This document shows positions 24,614 through 38,282 of a DNA stretch of 64,000 bases, one piece after another (the first letter of the stretch is position 1; each line of letters opens with the position of its first letter). Under the pieces are notes generated by a model. That model was not told the origin of the DNA, searched no databases, and saw only the letters and a list, made by a program, of their open reading frames with translations. The DNA comes from Oculina patagonica (taxonomy: Eukaryota): assembly GCF_052425735.1 (NCBI RefSeq), contig NC_135769.1, forward strand, positions 744,001-808,000, written 5' to 3'. The translations under genes were made by a program, and so were the position numbers.

Positions 24614-24900
24614 GGAGGCAAGCGTGGCCGAGTGGTTTAATGCGTGGTGTTGTAATCCGGAGGTCACCGGTTCGAGACCTGCCCTTGCCACTAGCTGGAT
24701 TTGTTTCTCGGTTGTCCCGAGTTCAAATCCTCGCCCACGCTTTGTATATAGCCAACTGGTCTGCCTCCTGCCAGTTGGATTTTTAACCTTGTTATGTTCA
24801 TTTATAAATTATTTGTTTCCTCTGTTTCAGTGGCATGCCTGTAAACTAGCTATCTCGTTGAGATATGAAGCTAAGTGCATGACCACTATAAACACTTAAT
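24614..24900 (+). mobile_element. tRNA-derived SINE just upstream of ATG13
   Basis: Head ggcaagcgtggccgagtggtt...ggttcgagacc, then a second B-box-like gagttcaaatcc and body agccaactggtctgcctcctgccagttgg. Confidence 0.7.
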
Positions 24901-25104
24901 TTTTTTTTTTTATTTTTTTATGCCCGTCATGTTACGCGAATAGAACTCTGGTCATTTCACGCGCGGTTGGAAGCCTGGTACTAGTAAAGTGTTGTTTTCA
25001 TGGCGGCGGAAGCTGGTGGTCTGAAGCGACAAAAAATTGTGTTTTTTCGTAATTTTATGACATTTTCTTCCCATTCTGCATCAAGCTAGATCGAAATTAT
25101 ATTG

Positions 25105-28100
25105 ATGGTTGAAATGGAGGAGAGGTCTAGGACTCTGGGGTCTCAAGAACAACGAGATCTCAAGAAGTTTTTGAAATTTCTATCGCAGAAGGTATGCTTG
25201 CGTTGTGGTGTTTTGTTTTTCTCACACTTACGAACTTGTAGATCTACTTGTATAACGTCATGTCATTCGTTAGAGGTTTTCTGATACTTAACGACAAGTA
25301 TGACAAGGATAATAGATATTTCATCTTTGAGTTTTACGAATCTCTTGGCAGAGAGAAAATTTTATTTCACAACAACACGTAAGCAAAATTAATAGTCAGT
25401 TCCGGCTAAATTGATACGAGTTTTATTCTTTCTCCAAAATTGCAAAGTACTTAGCAAGATATCGCAACTGCGGAAGTTTTTAGGTGTTTTAAATATAAAT
25501 TGCATTTTATTTGCGACTCGAAACTCCCAAAATAAATACTAGTCCAAGGAAAGATGAAACGAAACCGGTCGGCGAGCACTCACTGTCTATTTTTGTCTAT
25601 CTCTGTGACGCATACACCAAGGGGTGACGGCAGACTAGGGAGTTTTAATAGGCTCAATGTGATTGCGGTTTGGGAATTTTTGGGGTTTAAATTTTGCCCA
25701 GTATTTTTTTTTAGGTTCTGGTATTCTGAGGGGTTTCAGCTCAAGGTGCATAACATATATCATACATTGATTCTGCACAAAATTATTCCATCAAATAGAT
25801 TTATCAAAAAGGCAGACATACATCTTATAGAATATTTGTATTAACATTAAAATATTTTTTGGAGTATTTTTTGCACTTAAAAAAAATGCATGCTTTTTAT
25901 AGGGGGGTCTAGTTTTGGCCCTTGGGGATTTTTTTTTACTTTATTTGCACCTCCCATCACCTTCGAACCTGATGTACACCATGCTAATTTCTTTAGCACC
26001 TTCTGGATATTTTTGTTGTGAAATTAGGAGGGCAAATCATGACACGATACCTCACTCACTGACTGTGAGTGTCACAGTCAGACCAAGATAGTTGGTAGGT
26101 CTGTTCCTCTGGGATCTAACTTTTCCATTATTTTAACTTTCATTTTAGGCTGTTCAAGTCATTGTTCAGTCACGTCTTGGGGAAAAGATCCATACAAAGT
26201 CCAAACCCAATGCTATGGGTCAAGACTGGGTAAGCTTTTAACGTACAAATTCTCTTGAGTCACGACATCTGATTAAGCCCCTATGTATCCAAAACTGTTT
26301 TATTTAATGCAAAACAACAGTAATTTTACAAGATTGTTTTACAAGTATTGAGTTGCAGGGGTTTCAACAAAATTGGAAGTAGGCAGCTGGTTTGAGTAAA
26401 GCAGCCAACTTTAATTAAGGGAAAAAGTACCCGACTTATCTGTGCAAAGTAGCCAACAATTTTTGTCAGTCCCTGGTTAACCTGCAATCAGGCATTCTTT
26501 TTTTCCTCTTTCCTTCCTCCACAAAAAATTCCAAAAAAAAAATGCTAGCTCTATCGCAAGATAGCCGTTGGTGCTTTAATATCTAAAGCACTGGAGTTGC
26601 ATTTTATAAAGTCAGGTATAGTCAGGACTAGAGAACGCTCAATGTCATGTTATATTTTTCTGTGTGATTTTTCCTTACAGTTCAATCTTGCAATAAATGA
26701 TCATCCTGATGTGGCATCAGAGGTGAAGAAAGTTATGTCAAATGGCCGAGTTCCTTCCAAAGAGAGTCCCATGTGTGTAGAGATATCCTTGAAGACCAGT
26801 GAGGTAAATAATATATCAAACATGAGCAACAGTGTTTCATCTGCAGTGGATATCCAAACACTGAAAAGAGAGTTGAAAATACAACATGCAGTGGAGTATT
26901 TTTGATGAAATTCTAGGTGTTTGGATAGCCGATGAGACACTATCTAAGTGTTTGATATACCTTCTTAATCGAAACAAAAACCAAGGAGAAAACGGAGATG
27001 AAATAAAATCGTAAAAATTTTTGCTGATTAAGATCGGGTATCCAAAGGACTGTCAAGGTTTATTTAATATGACTTTTAGTGTTTAATTGATGAATTATTA
27101 ATGAGTTTGAGAAGGTCATCACACACTGTCAGTTATGTTTTACCAAAGTAACCTTGAAATAACAACACAGTTGAATCCTGTTAACTTGAATAACTTGATA
27201 ACTTGAAGGGAAATCAAACAAGCTTTGAGTTGTCAGGGGTCAAGTTATTGAGGGTAAAGTAAGTAAGAAAATAAGCCAGAGGGGAATTGAAAAAGGTTTA
27301 AGTTAGCCAAGGTGACTTTATTGAGGGTTCCAGTTATCAAGATTCAACTGTGTACTTCATAAATACAAACCAACTCGCTTCCTCCTCACATCATGTTTGC
27401 TTTCGGAAAAACAAGTTATTATTTTTAAGTAAACAAGTCATTATATTTTGATTGTTATTGATTGAACATGTAACAATTATATGCCTTTTTACAAATACAG
27501 GGGGAGACAATGGTGTTGGAGACTTGGTGTCTTGGTATGAATGACAGGTACGGTTTCACAGTAATCTAAGGGAATCTAAAACCTTATGTGATTCTGATTG
27601 CGTGGATTAATACTATGTCCTCCTAAGGTTTGTTTAATCCTAAAGAAATTGACAGACATTTGTGAGGCACTGTACATGTACCATGTTTCTTTTCAGAGTT
27701 GATCCAAATGCCAAAGTGACATACACAGTTTATAACAGGATTGGAATGTTACTCAAGTCTCTTCTATCTGTGACACGAGTAACGCCAGCTTATCAACTGT
27801 CACGCAAACAAGGAACAGACTTCATGATGTGTTACAAGTAAGATTATGTGATCAGTGCTTATCTTAAAGGGCAAGAGAGGCAATATTGAAGGAGTATTTA
27901 GCACAAAGATCTTTTACAGCACTATAGAGAATATTTTGAAGAATTTTCTTGTTGAATTTGAAAGGTTTTAAATGTCTCCTAGGGGGACTGGTAGTGGCAG
28001 ATATAGTGGAGGATTGCAGAGGGGGACTGGGATCCTCTCCCTTTTTGTCCAAAAATATAAGCCCCAAAATGGCCAAAATTATTTTCGCCCAAAACAAGTG

Positions 28101-29439
28101 GTGCCTAATAAAAATTGAACAAGGAAAAGCCCACCTTCATGTCCCCACACTCCCCACCCCCACCCCAATCCCCTCACTTCTGAGCATGTGTGGATCACTA
28201 CCATAACGTACTTTAAATCAACTTTTCATTTAATTTTGAATCTTATTTTAGGGTTTATTTTGGTGAAGTAAGGTTTCAAGAGCTTGGAGAAGGTATGTCA
28301 CACAATCAGAAGTGTTATACGTACAAGGTGCTCAGAAACACAAATATTTTGTATTAAAAGTTTTCGTTTTATAAGCCCTAAACCATCTGAGTGATGAGCA
28401 AAATCTGCAATATTCGAGACATTTCCATGCAAATATGTAGATAACAAGAAATCAACTAGATAAATTTCTGTTGATGTACCCCAGGGGGGTTCTCTGCCTT
28501 GTAAATGACGGGGATGAATGAATAGAGGCAAAACTCATGACCCAAAAAAATCCTTAGTCTCCGACATTTACCCAAAAAAGTCCCTGGACCAAAAATTATC
28601 CCCAAAAAAATCCCTTGTTAAATTACCCCTAAATTGCCAGTAGGGGCAATAACATAACACAAAGAACGCTCGTTTTGTTTATTCATTATACCATAAATAC
28701 GCAAAGGCCGCACCAAGGCACTTAAGTTGGTTTTTAATACCCCAAAAAATCCCCTATCTAAATCAAGTCACCCAAAAAAATACTTGCCAAATTTTCCAAC
28801 CCAAAAAAAACCCAAAATCGAAAATTTCAAACCCCAAAAAATCCTTCGATCATCCCCGTCATTAACAAGCTGGAGTACCCCCCTGGGTGATGTACCACCA
28901 AATTTTTAGCGCTGTTGTTTAAAATAATGAAAATCAGTAAGAGGAATTTGTCTTTTTCTCATAATTATTTTGAAATTTATTCTGTGCAGGTTTTCAGTCC
29001 TTGAGGGTTGGCTCTATTGGTACTCCTGTGGGTTCCATTACTCTGTCTGCTGCTTACAGAACAAAACTGACTCTACCAGAAAAGTGAGTGGCAGTGTATC
29101 AGTCGGACAAATTAAAACTTGAGCTGTTACATTAAAATATGTAAAATGGATTGTAAAATTCATTAAATATTCATGCGGGTGCAAACCAATCCCAGTACCA
29201 TATTCAGATCACATGTACACAACTGTAAACCCCAATACAAATCAAACAATAGAATTAACTTTTGATACAAACCCCTGCTCAGCTAATAAGTATTCATTAA
29301 CTTTTGATACAGATCTGTACTGATTCGCATAACAATACTTTACATTCAATTTATTGTTTTCATTTCACAAGTAGAATAAAATATTCGCATCCGATCTGTA
29401 TGGGCGTTTACAATGGCTCGCCTATCGGCTTGCCATTGT

Positions 29440-29480
<41 letters not shown>

Positions 29481-29560
29481 ATATACTTAAATGGGCTATT
29501 TATTCAATGTGCTGTAATACTGTGTCAAATGATAATGTACTTTATAATTGTTGTTATTAC

Positions 29561-29633
<73 letters not shown>

Positions 29634-32600
29634 GTACCTAACCACGACAAACAACAACAACCTTTTTTTCTATAATATTTATGCTGTAATTATTTTACAT
29701 CTCAAAAGTCAAGCACAGTGGTGGTGGTGGTGGGGGGGGGGGGGTGTGGACCACTCGAGAATAATTTTTCCTCGGCCTAGGCCTCTCTCCTAGATCCACC
29801 TCTGAAGAATCTTTGATGGGGAGGGGTGTGAGCTTATAAGAAGTAACCTGAAAGAGTTTAAAGAGTTGTTTTTAATCAAAGAGCCTGTGATCATTACGGT
29901 TTTTTTGTTACAGACAACAAGTCATGGTACAGAGTAATCACTTTGGCTCTGAGTTTTCAAGAATCCCATCTGATCAGTTGGACGGTGCTTTGCCATGTGC
30001 TACGGGTGTAAACGGAGCATTTGACTTGACTGCTGAAGCAAGGTATCTACATGTACATTTAGCTAGACTTGGTCAAAAAGAATTAACAGTGAAATGGATG
30101 TTCTTTTTGCACATAATTTTGTAATTTTGCTGCGCAATGTTGCAATATTAATTGAAGGCTTGCTCGAAGCAACTTGCAACTTTTAATCCAAATTTGCCCG
30201 AACAAGTTGCCAAGTTCCTATTGAGCTTAAAACTCTTGGACACATGAATTTGTAATTCATAGTGTGTGGGTAAAACAATGGATATATTATTGAAACCCGA
30301 TGTTTAGCTAAAAGTGTTAATTATGATTGCTTTTTTGTGTTGTTTGCTTTTAGACATCACATTGCAGAGCAGATAGCCAGTGCAACAGAAACTGAAGTCA
30401 CCCGGTCTTCGACAGCATTTTCAAACACTCCGCCATCTTCAGCTCACAAAATTAGTTCCACATCTCCACCTCCATCACTCAGACGCTTCTCACAGGAAAC
30501 TAGTGGCACGAGAAAGCAAAAGATTAACAGGTTCACCCCAATTCATTCTCTTGTTTTTATCTGGCAGGGGCTACATGTAATACACTATACTGTTTTTTCA
30601 ACGCTGGCTAACGTGCTTTTCTTTACTTTTCTCTTTTATTTCTTTAGACCAGCAAGCTCTTCTAAACCAATTAGCTGTGCTAAAACACGAACCAAGGGAG
30701 CCTTTGTAAGCGGTCCCGCTTCACCAGATGTAGTAAGTTATTTTTTTTTTTATTTAGAGTGCTTTTATAACAGGTTGAATTGTCAGGCATGTGAAGAAAA
30801 GTGAGCTCTTTCTCCCACTTATGTCCAGGATTGAACGCCACTATTGTTTAATGAGTACTTCATGTTTGACTGTGTTATTTGACATTTCCATAATTATTAC
30901 TTCACAAATTTTGGTGTGTTTTGGTGAACTTTTATTAATGAGGACACTTTGTGATGGCTGTCATGAGGAACGTGAATCGTTCAATCCTGGACATATCTGT
31001 CTTTCCTATTTTTAGTATTTTGCGAGGAAGGTAGAAAAAAATTCAAGCTAGTTTAGCCAATCATTTCATCCATTAATACGGATGTAAACCAATCGCGAGC
31101 TTGTGACGTATCGGCACTAAAGCGCGGGAAAATTAGAGTAACCCAATCAGCTTTTTGTAGTCATGTTGCTCAGATTAGTTGGTTAAAGCTGAAAGAGATT
31201 TCTAGAAAGAAATAATTCATTTAAAGAGGTAGCTTTGGAATTTGAACTGTGGAGAAAAGTGAAAGTCCACCCAATATCAGTAATGCATGTACCGGTATAA
31301 CAACTCAGGTTAATGACATTAATGCACGTACAGTCAGGGAAAAAACTGTTGTTATATTATATTCTCGGCGGACCACGAGCTCTGACAATTCTAAGAAACG
31401 GCATTCTTTGTTACATCGTTCCCTTATTTTCCCGGCTTTTTTCTTGTGTGCACAGGCTTTGATCCCAAACCTGTCATCCACTCCACCGTTTGCGTCACTT
31501 TTAAGAAAAGAAGACGACAACAGACCAAGCAGTTTACCTTCAGATAGCAGCCTAAAAAATTCACCAGCATCTCTCCACAGAAGGGTAGGTAGCCACGCTT
31601 TTCCATTTTAGCGGACAGAGGGATGGGCGCCTTGTCTCCTGTTTATCATTTTACTCTCTCAGCTCATCTAAGCAGTTTTTCTTTGTTTTTTGTTTTCGGC
31701 GGCCACGACCACTTTTGACCTTCCACTATCGTGGTACGCTTATAGCACAGGAAATGTGTGATAATGTTTTGATAAATACTGGATTGTAAAATTAGACATT
31801 GTGTAATAATAGTAATAAAAATAATAAAAGGCTTGTATAGCGCAAATGATTGTGCACTCTTGAGAATTTTAATTCTCCATTTAAAAATGGTTGAAACACC
31901 TGATTAGTGACAGCAGTGTTGCATGATTATCCATTTCAACCACTGCTAGACATTCTCTGAACCCTATGTCTAATATGTTTTCTAGGATAGTTCATCTGAC
32001 AGAGCGGAAGGCGGGAGACTGTCCACAGTACAAGCACCACCAGTACCCAGTCAGCTGGGGTGGGATGATGACTTCGTCATGGTAGAACTGGTGAGTACTG
32101 GTAACGAATAACTCTACGTAGGCCTGGGTACGAACGCAAGGCGTGGTCACTAGTGGTCACTCACAAATAAAAGCGAGAAGTGGTAAGCGGGAAAATCGTG
32201 TAACAGCTGTTTTTGCGCGGGAAACATAACCAGTTTTATGCTTGGTAAAAACATAGAACCAGCAAACGCGGGAAAAAGTCGTGCGTAGCAAATCGCGAAT
32301 GGTTTTCATTTTACGCTTGATTGGCTGAGAAGACATCACATCCGCTCTGATTGGTCAAAACACCTTTGCAAAAAGTTTGTAAACGCAAAGCCGTTGTAAT
32401 CACATGACTAATTTTCAAAGTCACGTAAAACGCGCTCTAATCTTCTGTAATGTGTTGTTTGTTCAGAAACCAGCGTTTGCATCACACTCGGGAACGTCAA
32501 CTGGTGATCTTGGAAGCTTTTTTCGTGATTGTCAGACTGCGCCGCCATTAAGTCTCTTTCAAGATACAGAGGTGCTTACACTGGATAACATCATGGTAAG

Positions 32601-33046
32601 TTCAAATTAATATTTTGTCGTTTCCCTACTCACTTAAAGGGACATGGTCAGCATTCTTACCGCGCTGACCTGGACACTAGTTTTCATCAATATCTCATAT
32701 CCAACAAGAGCGAGTGGAATAATTGTTTTATTAAAAAAAAACACCCAATGAATTGCAATATTTTAGCTTCCCGGCTGTTCTTGCTGACGCATACACCTAC
32801 CATATTTGTGGTCCATGGTATATGAGCTCATATACCATGGCCTGTAAACCAATCAAAACTCAGGAATTGCAATATACCATGGCTAGTTTTTAATAAATGT
32901 GCATACGTTCGCTTCATCGGCATGTTCCTATAACTATCTTATTTTCATTATTACTTTCCTAGGAACGTTTGGATGGGGAACTATACGGTTTCCGTGAGAA
33001 CGCTTTCAAATTTGACGAACTTTTAGCTGACCTTCAGCAGACGTGA
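25105..33046 (+). CDS. ATG13: Autophagy-related protein 13 (HORMA domain and C-terminal LIR)
   Basis: [30 protein letters not shown]...DWFNLAI...[12 protein letters not shown]...LETWCL...[15 protein letters not shown], and [12 protein letters not shown]. Exons: 25105-25191, 26149-26229, 26681-26803, 27501-27547, 27697-27837, 28252-28292, 28990-29083, 29914-30042, 30354-30530 (weak donor, uncertain), 30648-30732, 31456-31584, 31986-32090, 32467-32595, 32963-33046. Start could be the ATG at 25114. Confidence 0.95.
28480..28887. mobile_element. MITE with CCCAGGGGGG termini and 8-bp TSD TGATGTAC
   Basis: cccaggggggttctc ... gagtacccccctggg. tgatgtac at 28472-28479 and 28888-28895. Internal acccaaaaaaat repeats. 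Confidence 0.9.
29371..29478. repeat. Palindromic miniature element (25-bp perfect arms at 29393-29456)
   Basis: gatctgtatgggcgtttacaatggc ... gccattgtaaacgcccatacagatc. Confidence 0.85.
29552..29633. repeat. (TTA)n microsatellite
   Basis: Tandem repeat seen directly. It explains the spurious poly-Leu ORF. Confidence 0.97.
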
Positions 33047-36000
33047 ACCACGCCAGTAATGTCACCATTAGGAGAATGTTTGCGTTTGGTTGCGAAGGAA
33101 TACGGAAATTTAATTAAAAACCACTGAACGTGCAAAACAGTGATTTCCTCTTCGCCTCGTAGCGAATCAGACGTCGGGAAGACCAAGCGTGGATCATAGA
33201 GGGTTTTCAATAATGACCTTCTGTGATTGGTTCAAAGAAACACGTGCATGGTGTTCTGACCAATCAGGATAAAGCTGTTGTATTGAAAGCCAATCGGGTG
33301 CCAAACCAACACCACTCTTGACAGGTTTTTCCCGCCCTTTCTGAGAACTGGTTACTTTTCTTACTGTGGATTTTAATTGGTTTACAATACTACTTGACTG
33401 TTTATAATCTGTTTGGTTTTGATTTTTACAACAGTCACTGGAAAATAAGAAGAGACTTCATGTTTAAATGTAATAATAATTGCAGGAAAACAGGAATTAT
33501 TAACTAAGATAATAAATACAGAGTAAATCTTGGTTTGGCCGTATTTTGATGATAATATGTTACTAATAATAGGAAAAGAAAATTCTTCCTTATCGTGTGA
33601 ATATCACATAAATAATTATCATAAATAGCGAGCTACGTCAATCACTTTTGGGACTTAGCACAAACATTACAATTTTCGGATAGTTATCGAATTGTTATCA
33701 GAACGATACAAGAACGTTTTTGGGATCTGCATGAGTTTTTGAAAAATTTTTCTCGCTATTCTCTTCGACATAATCGCTACAAAGTTATTAAGTTAATTTC
33801 TTTGTTTGTGATTTTTAATCTTATCTATGGATACTAGTGCGGTATGAGAAAAAATATATTTTTTTGTTATCATGCAGTTTTCGTCTGACATGCAACCACA
33901 ATACAATTTAAAAAATTTGTAATTTTTCCTGAGTGGACAAAACTACACGCTAAATAAATTCAACGTTTTGTCTTGAATTATTATGCTCAGCTTATCGGGC
34001 AGATGATAAAGCCTTGCATAAATGGAAATGATCAAAAAAAGAAAGATAATTATAGTAGCCCCAAAAATAAAACTTGCCGGTATCTTTTAAACTGCTTATC
34101 TTTGTATTCATGGCTGAATCAGCGAAACAAAGCACAAAAAATTGTTCCATAGCAACCATGACGAAAGTAACCCAGTGAAAAGACATGGTTAGTTGTCAAT
34201 TGATTGTCAACGCTGTGGAGAAGATCTAAGGACAGGTGTTTCAATGCGGGGTTCTGAAAACACGATTTCCATTTTGCATAGCCGGACTCACGCTGACCTC
34301 TTCGCTTCATAGCGACCACTTTTAATTGTTTCCCTGTATTTCCGCTGTCACTCTCTGCGTTTAATTGAAAAGTTCCCATTTTTAAGTGGTTTTTACCTCG
34401 TTACAATGCGCTGATTTGTTAGCAAATTCTCCCAACGACTGTGCAGCCAGGACAAATATCGCATTTTCGCAATAGCCAAATTAAAAGGTAACCATCGTAC
34501 ATAAATTTATTAGCGTATCGCGGAGATGGACGGGTTTTGGAAAGTGCTGGGAAAAATCGCTGCGTTATCTCGTCCTGTATGTTTAGTTCCGATTTTTTTC
34601 TGCAGCAAGAAGTAAGTTTTATAAAAGATCCGATCGCCGGCCCAAGAAAGGAGAAGCCACAGCGAAGAAAAAAATTATACCGGCAAAAATAATTTAATAC
34701 CGGGGACTTCAAGTCAGTGATCGCGAAATTAAACGACACTGACGAAAATTTGCTTCAATCGGGACAAGTTCAATTCTCCATGAGGAAAATTGAAAAATGG
34801 AACCCGCCAACAACGAAACGGAGAAGCAAGCGAACGGAGATGAGAACACGGATCCCGAAGAAGCGCTTGATGACAGCGAATTTCAGAAATGTTCTCGAAA
34901 AGGACGAAGGGACGCTTGCCCGGATATTCACTGCATATGCGGCGACTCCGAACAAAGCGGCGAGTGCTTGTTTCACAAAGAAACTGTAGAAGCTGACTCG
35001 AAAGAAAGCACAGAGGAAAAGACGTGATATTTCGGTATATTTGTACAATATTTGTACGCGCAGCTTGCCTGCTCGAACGCCTTCAAAATTTGACAAATGC
35101 TATTTATTTTTGGACCGTCTGGCGCAGACCTTGTGTTTGGACGAGACATTTATTCGGGGGAAGACCCGGCTTCTTCGTGCTAAATTGGTCTTCTCGAACC
35201 CTCAAGGTAAAAACCTGGAAATAGCCGGCGTGGCGTCGTGACGAACCGTATAATTTCGCTGGAAAATCCGACATGCATGGCGGAGCAAATAAGTGCTGTG
35301 CCGTCACTTTTTTATGTACGAACTATGGAAAAAAATGGAGTTTTTTTGCATTTGTTTTTATCACGCTTGTGGAGCAGGTGATGATGTCTTAAGATGTTCT
35401 AAAATCCATATTCATGGATATGGGAGTCAAAGGCTATAGACATATTTTATAAGTTCAGTTATTTATAGCGTACAGGAACAGGCCATTTCAGCCGGCAATG
35501 TGTAAATTTCTAACTTCCCGGCCTAATTTCAGTGAAATTTTTTAATGTGATGTTGATTGTACAGCGCTCTTTTGTATACGCCGGAGTTTTCAGTATACGT
35601 ATTTCAAGAAATCAGCTCCCAAATTCGAATACCCTTCTTTATAAGATCGTCTTTTCATCCTTTTGCATGCATCTCCGTTAGAAATGTTATCTCGTTTATA
35701 ATCTTGAATAAAGCGCCTTAGCTTTAGCTTAGGGTGTAAGCTTTGTGTGCATGTGTGTGTGTTTCTTTTTTTTTTTTTCGAGAAATCAACTATACTTTTT
35801 TACTTGAACGTACAACAAGTTTTTAACTTGGAGGGAAAATGAATTATTGGTAAAACCGATCAAGTGATTGTACGAAATTTTTTTACCATTTATCGAAAAA
35901 TATGTAAAAAAGAACTCGGTGTATAATGCGTCGGCTGTCTTGTGTCTGTTTTTGCTCAGTCGCGTGTTAGTCTTAAGTGAGATTTATTTGTCTTTTATGG

Positions 36001-36565
36001 AACATTTTTTTTTTCAGGTTTGGAGGCTTTAATATACGTTTTGCGATCGACCTGTAGGGTCCTATAGCGATTAGCTTTTAAGAGTACGTCCATCATGTTA
36101 ACCCTGTAGTAAATACATGCGTGCTATTATTAGAAACTACAACAGGATCAGTTGTCTTTTTTCCAGCAAATGAGATGTAAATTTTGCAGCTGCCCTGAAT
36201 AATCAAAGTATCCCCAGGCTTTTTTCTAGCCGTGTAATCAAAGATTTCGACGAGCGACTTGGGGAGTTGAATGATTTAGTTGTTTTGTGTTTGTAGGTAT
36301 TCTGAGTAATTGGGAGTCTTCGATCTAATCACTGTGATCTTTTGTTTATCTTCACAGTCATTGATAAGCTGAGTTCATGATGTTTTGTTCTATTAAAGTT
36401 AACTCATTAATCTTCGAAAATGATAACGATTCTAATGAAGGTAAATTCCCCAGTTTATCTCTATTTTTTAAAAGTCGCATTAGTGGCAAGCTCTCAGTAA
36501 ATTGTTTCGAGTCATTTTACACATTGACTTTTTACTCGCGTGCCAAAATCAAAAGAACACAGTAA

Positions 36566-36979
36566 GGGACGGACCATTATTTTCTTGGAGGGGGGGGGGG
36601 GGGGGGGCGGATGAAAAATTTTCCTCTGCAAACTTTTTTTTTAGTTTATGCACCTCTGCAAACATTTTTTTTTTTTCGAAATTCTTACTATTTTTTGTTA
36701 TACATATCGTGTTTGCAAACAATTTTTTTTGTCTTTCCAGGCCTAGCCTGCGTGGCCGGCGTCTTCGAAGGGGAGGGAGGAAGGGAAGTTCGAGCGCGAA
36801 GCGCGATCCGGCAATCCCAAACGATCGCGCTTCGCGCTCTCCCTCGCTCGCGCTTCGCGCTCGAACTTCCCTTCTCCCTCCCCTTCGAACGCCGGCCACG
36901 CAGGCTATTCCAGGCCCTGCAAACAATTTTTTTCAATATTTTTCATCCCCCCCCCTCCAAAAAAATAATGGTCCATCCC
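36566..36979. mobile_element. PIF/Harbinger-type MITE (TAA TSD) hosting a nested element
   Basis: taa|gggacggaccattatttt ... aaaataatggtccatccc|taa. Confidence 0.8.
36744..36907. mobile_element. GC-rich palindromic MITE with TAG..CTA ends and 9-bp TSD (AcademH-like)
   Basis: tagcctgcgtggccggcg ... cgccggccacgcaggcta. ttccaggcc at 36735-36743 and 36908-36916. Confidence 0.85.
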
Positions 36980-38282
36980 TAAAACGATCATGATTTAATA
37001 CATTCTACTTCATTGGCTTTTAATGAAAGTTGTACTCAGATATTTCGCAAAGTTGTAAAATTTCACATGTAATTATTGTGCGTTTTACAACACTCTAGTT
37101 CGATCTCCTCCAATCTTTTTCAAACTTTTCCAATCTTGAAAAAAAGCCAAACTTTTCACGTTTTTCTTTTTCTTTTCGTTTTTCTACTTCTCAAAACACA
37201 ACCAACAAATTAATGTAAACCGATCCGCAATAGTTTACGACCTTTTACGGTAATGAAGCAACAACCATTACAAAGGTTTTAAGCAGCGGCTTTATTAAAC
37301 AGGATCCACGATACAAACATCCACCTGGTGTACCCTAATGGATTTATCTGCACGGATTATGACGGTGTAGAATTTGAAAAAGTTTGTAAAATGGCCGGAA
37401 AGTGGGGATTTTTTTTTTGACATGTGATGCCTGCATAAATTTTTGCGGCTTAGGCCTTGACATGGGAGATCTGGGCACTAATCTAGTAGTGTGGGGGGTT
37501 TTTGGGGCATTACAGCACTACAACGAAATCTGACGAAATTTGTCTTGTGCCGTTCTGTAAGGAGTTGCCTAATTATAATGTGATATTTTTGCGCCAAACC
37601 TTACCAGGTTTCATATACAACGTTTTCCATACTTTTGTCCAAACTATTATTTTCCTTTTCCAGACTCGAGAACAAAATGTAAACTCGATGCACGGCGACC
37701 CTGGAAACGAGGTTGGCACTGCGCCCACAACAGAGGGAAGGGCGAAGAGAGTCACTGGATTCTGCGATTGAACATTGCTCCTTGGAAAAAGACTCTTTTC
37801 CATTTTTCCAGACTTGACTTTTCTCCGATACTTTTTTAAGGCTGGAAAACTAAAACTTATTTGCAGATTTCCAAGAATGAGACTCTGTACCATTAGAAAA
37901 TTACGCGCGATGGTTTACATTATATACGAAGGTTTATTGCTGCACTTGGTAGTCCCCATAACGAAGTCACCTTCCACAGTACCACTGTCTGGTTTAGCTA
38001 AACAAGTTTTGATGCGAACCAAGTGTTTTTGTTTTCAAGAGCTATGCCTTTGTGTAAACCATTAATTTCCTGTGAACACAGGCGGGAAATTGCATGGAGA
38101 CAGGTACGAGGAATTATCTCTCCCAGTTATTACAAATATCGACGAGTTTATAAATCCAAATTCAAAGGGTTTCATATGACTCGACTTGTGGTAAACGCTT
38201 TAGCTGAAAAGAACGAAACAACTACAAAATTTCCATCAAATTATTACACTTTATTGAACTTCAACTCCATGTAAATAAAAAG

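Noticed and set aside
21218-25104. HARBI1 head-to-head with ATG13 as in vertebrates
   Set aside because: No Harbinger-derived coding sequence is visible upstream of ATG13, only UTR, MITEs and a SINE.
29548-29793. Poly-Leu ORF; also SQSV-repeat ORFs at 18249-18609
   Set aside because: These are translations of (TTA)n and (TCAG)n microsatellites.
36502-36993. Four overlapping 80-160-aa ORFs on both strands
   Set aside because: They arise from GC-rich palindromic nested MITEs.
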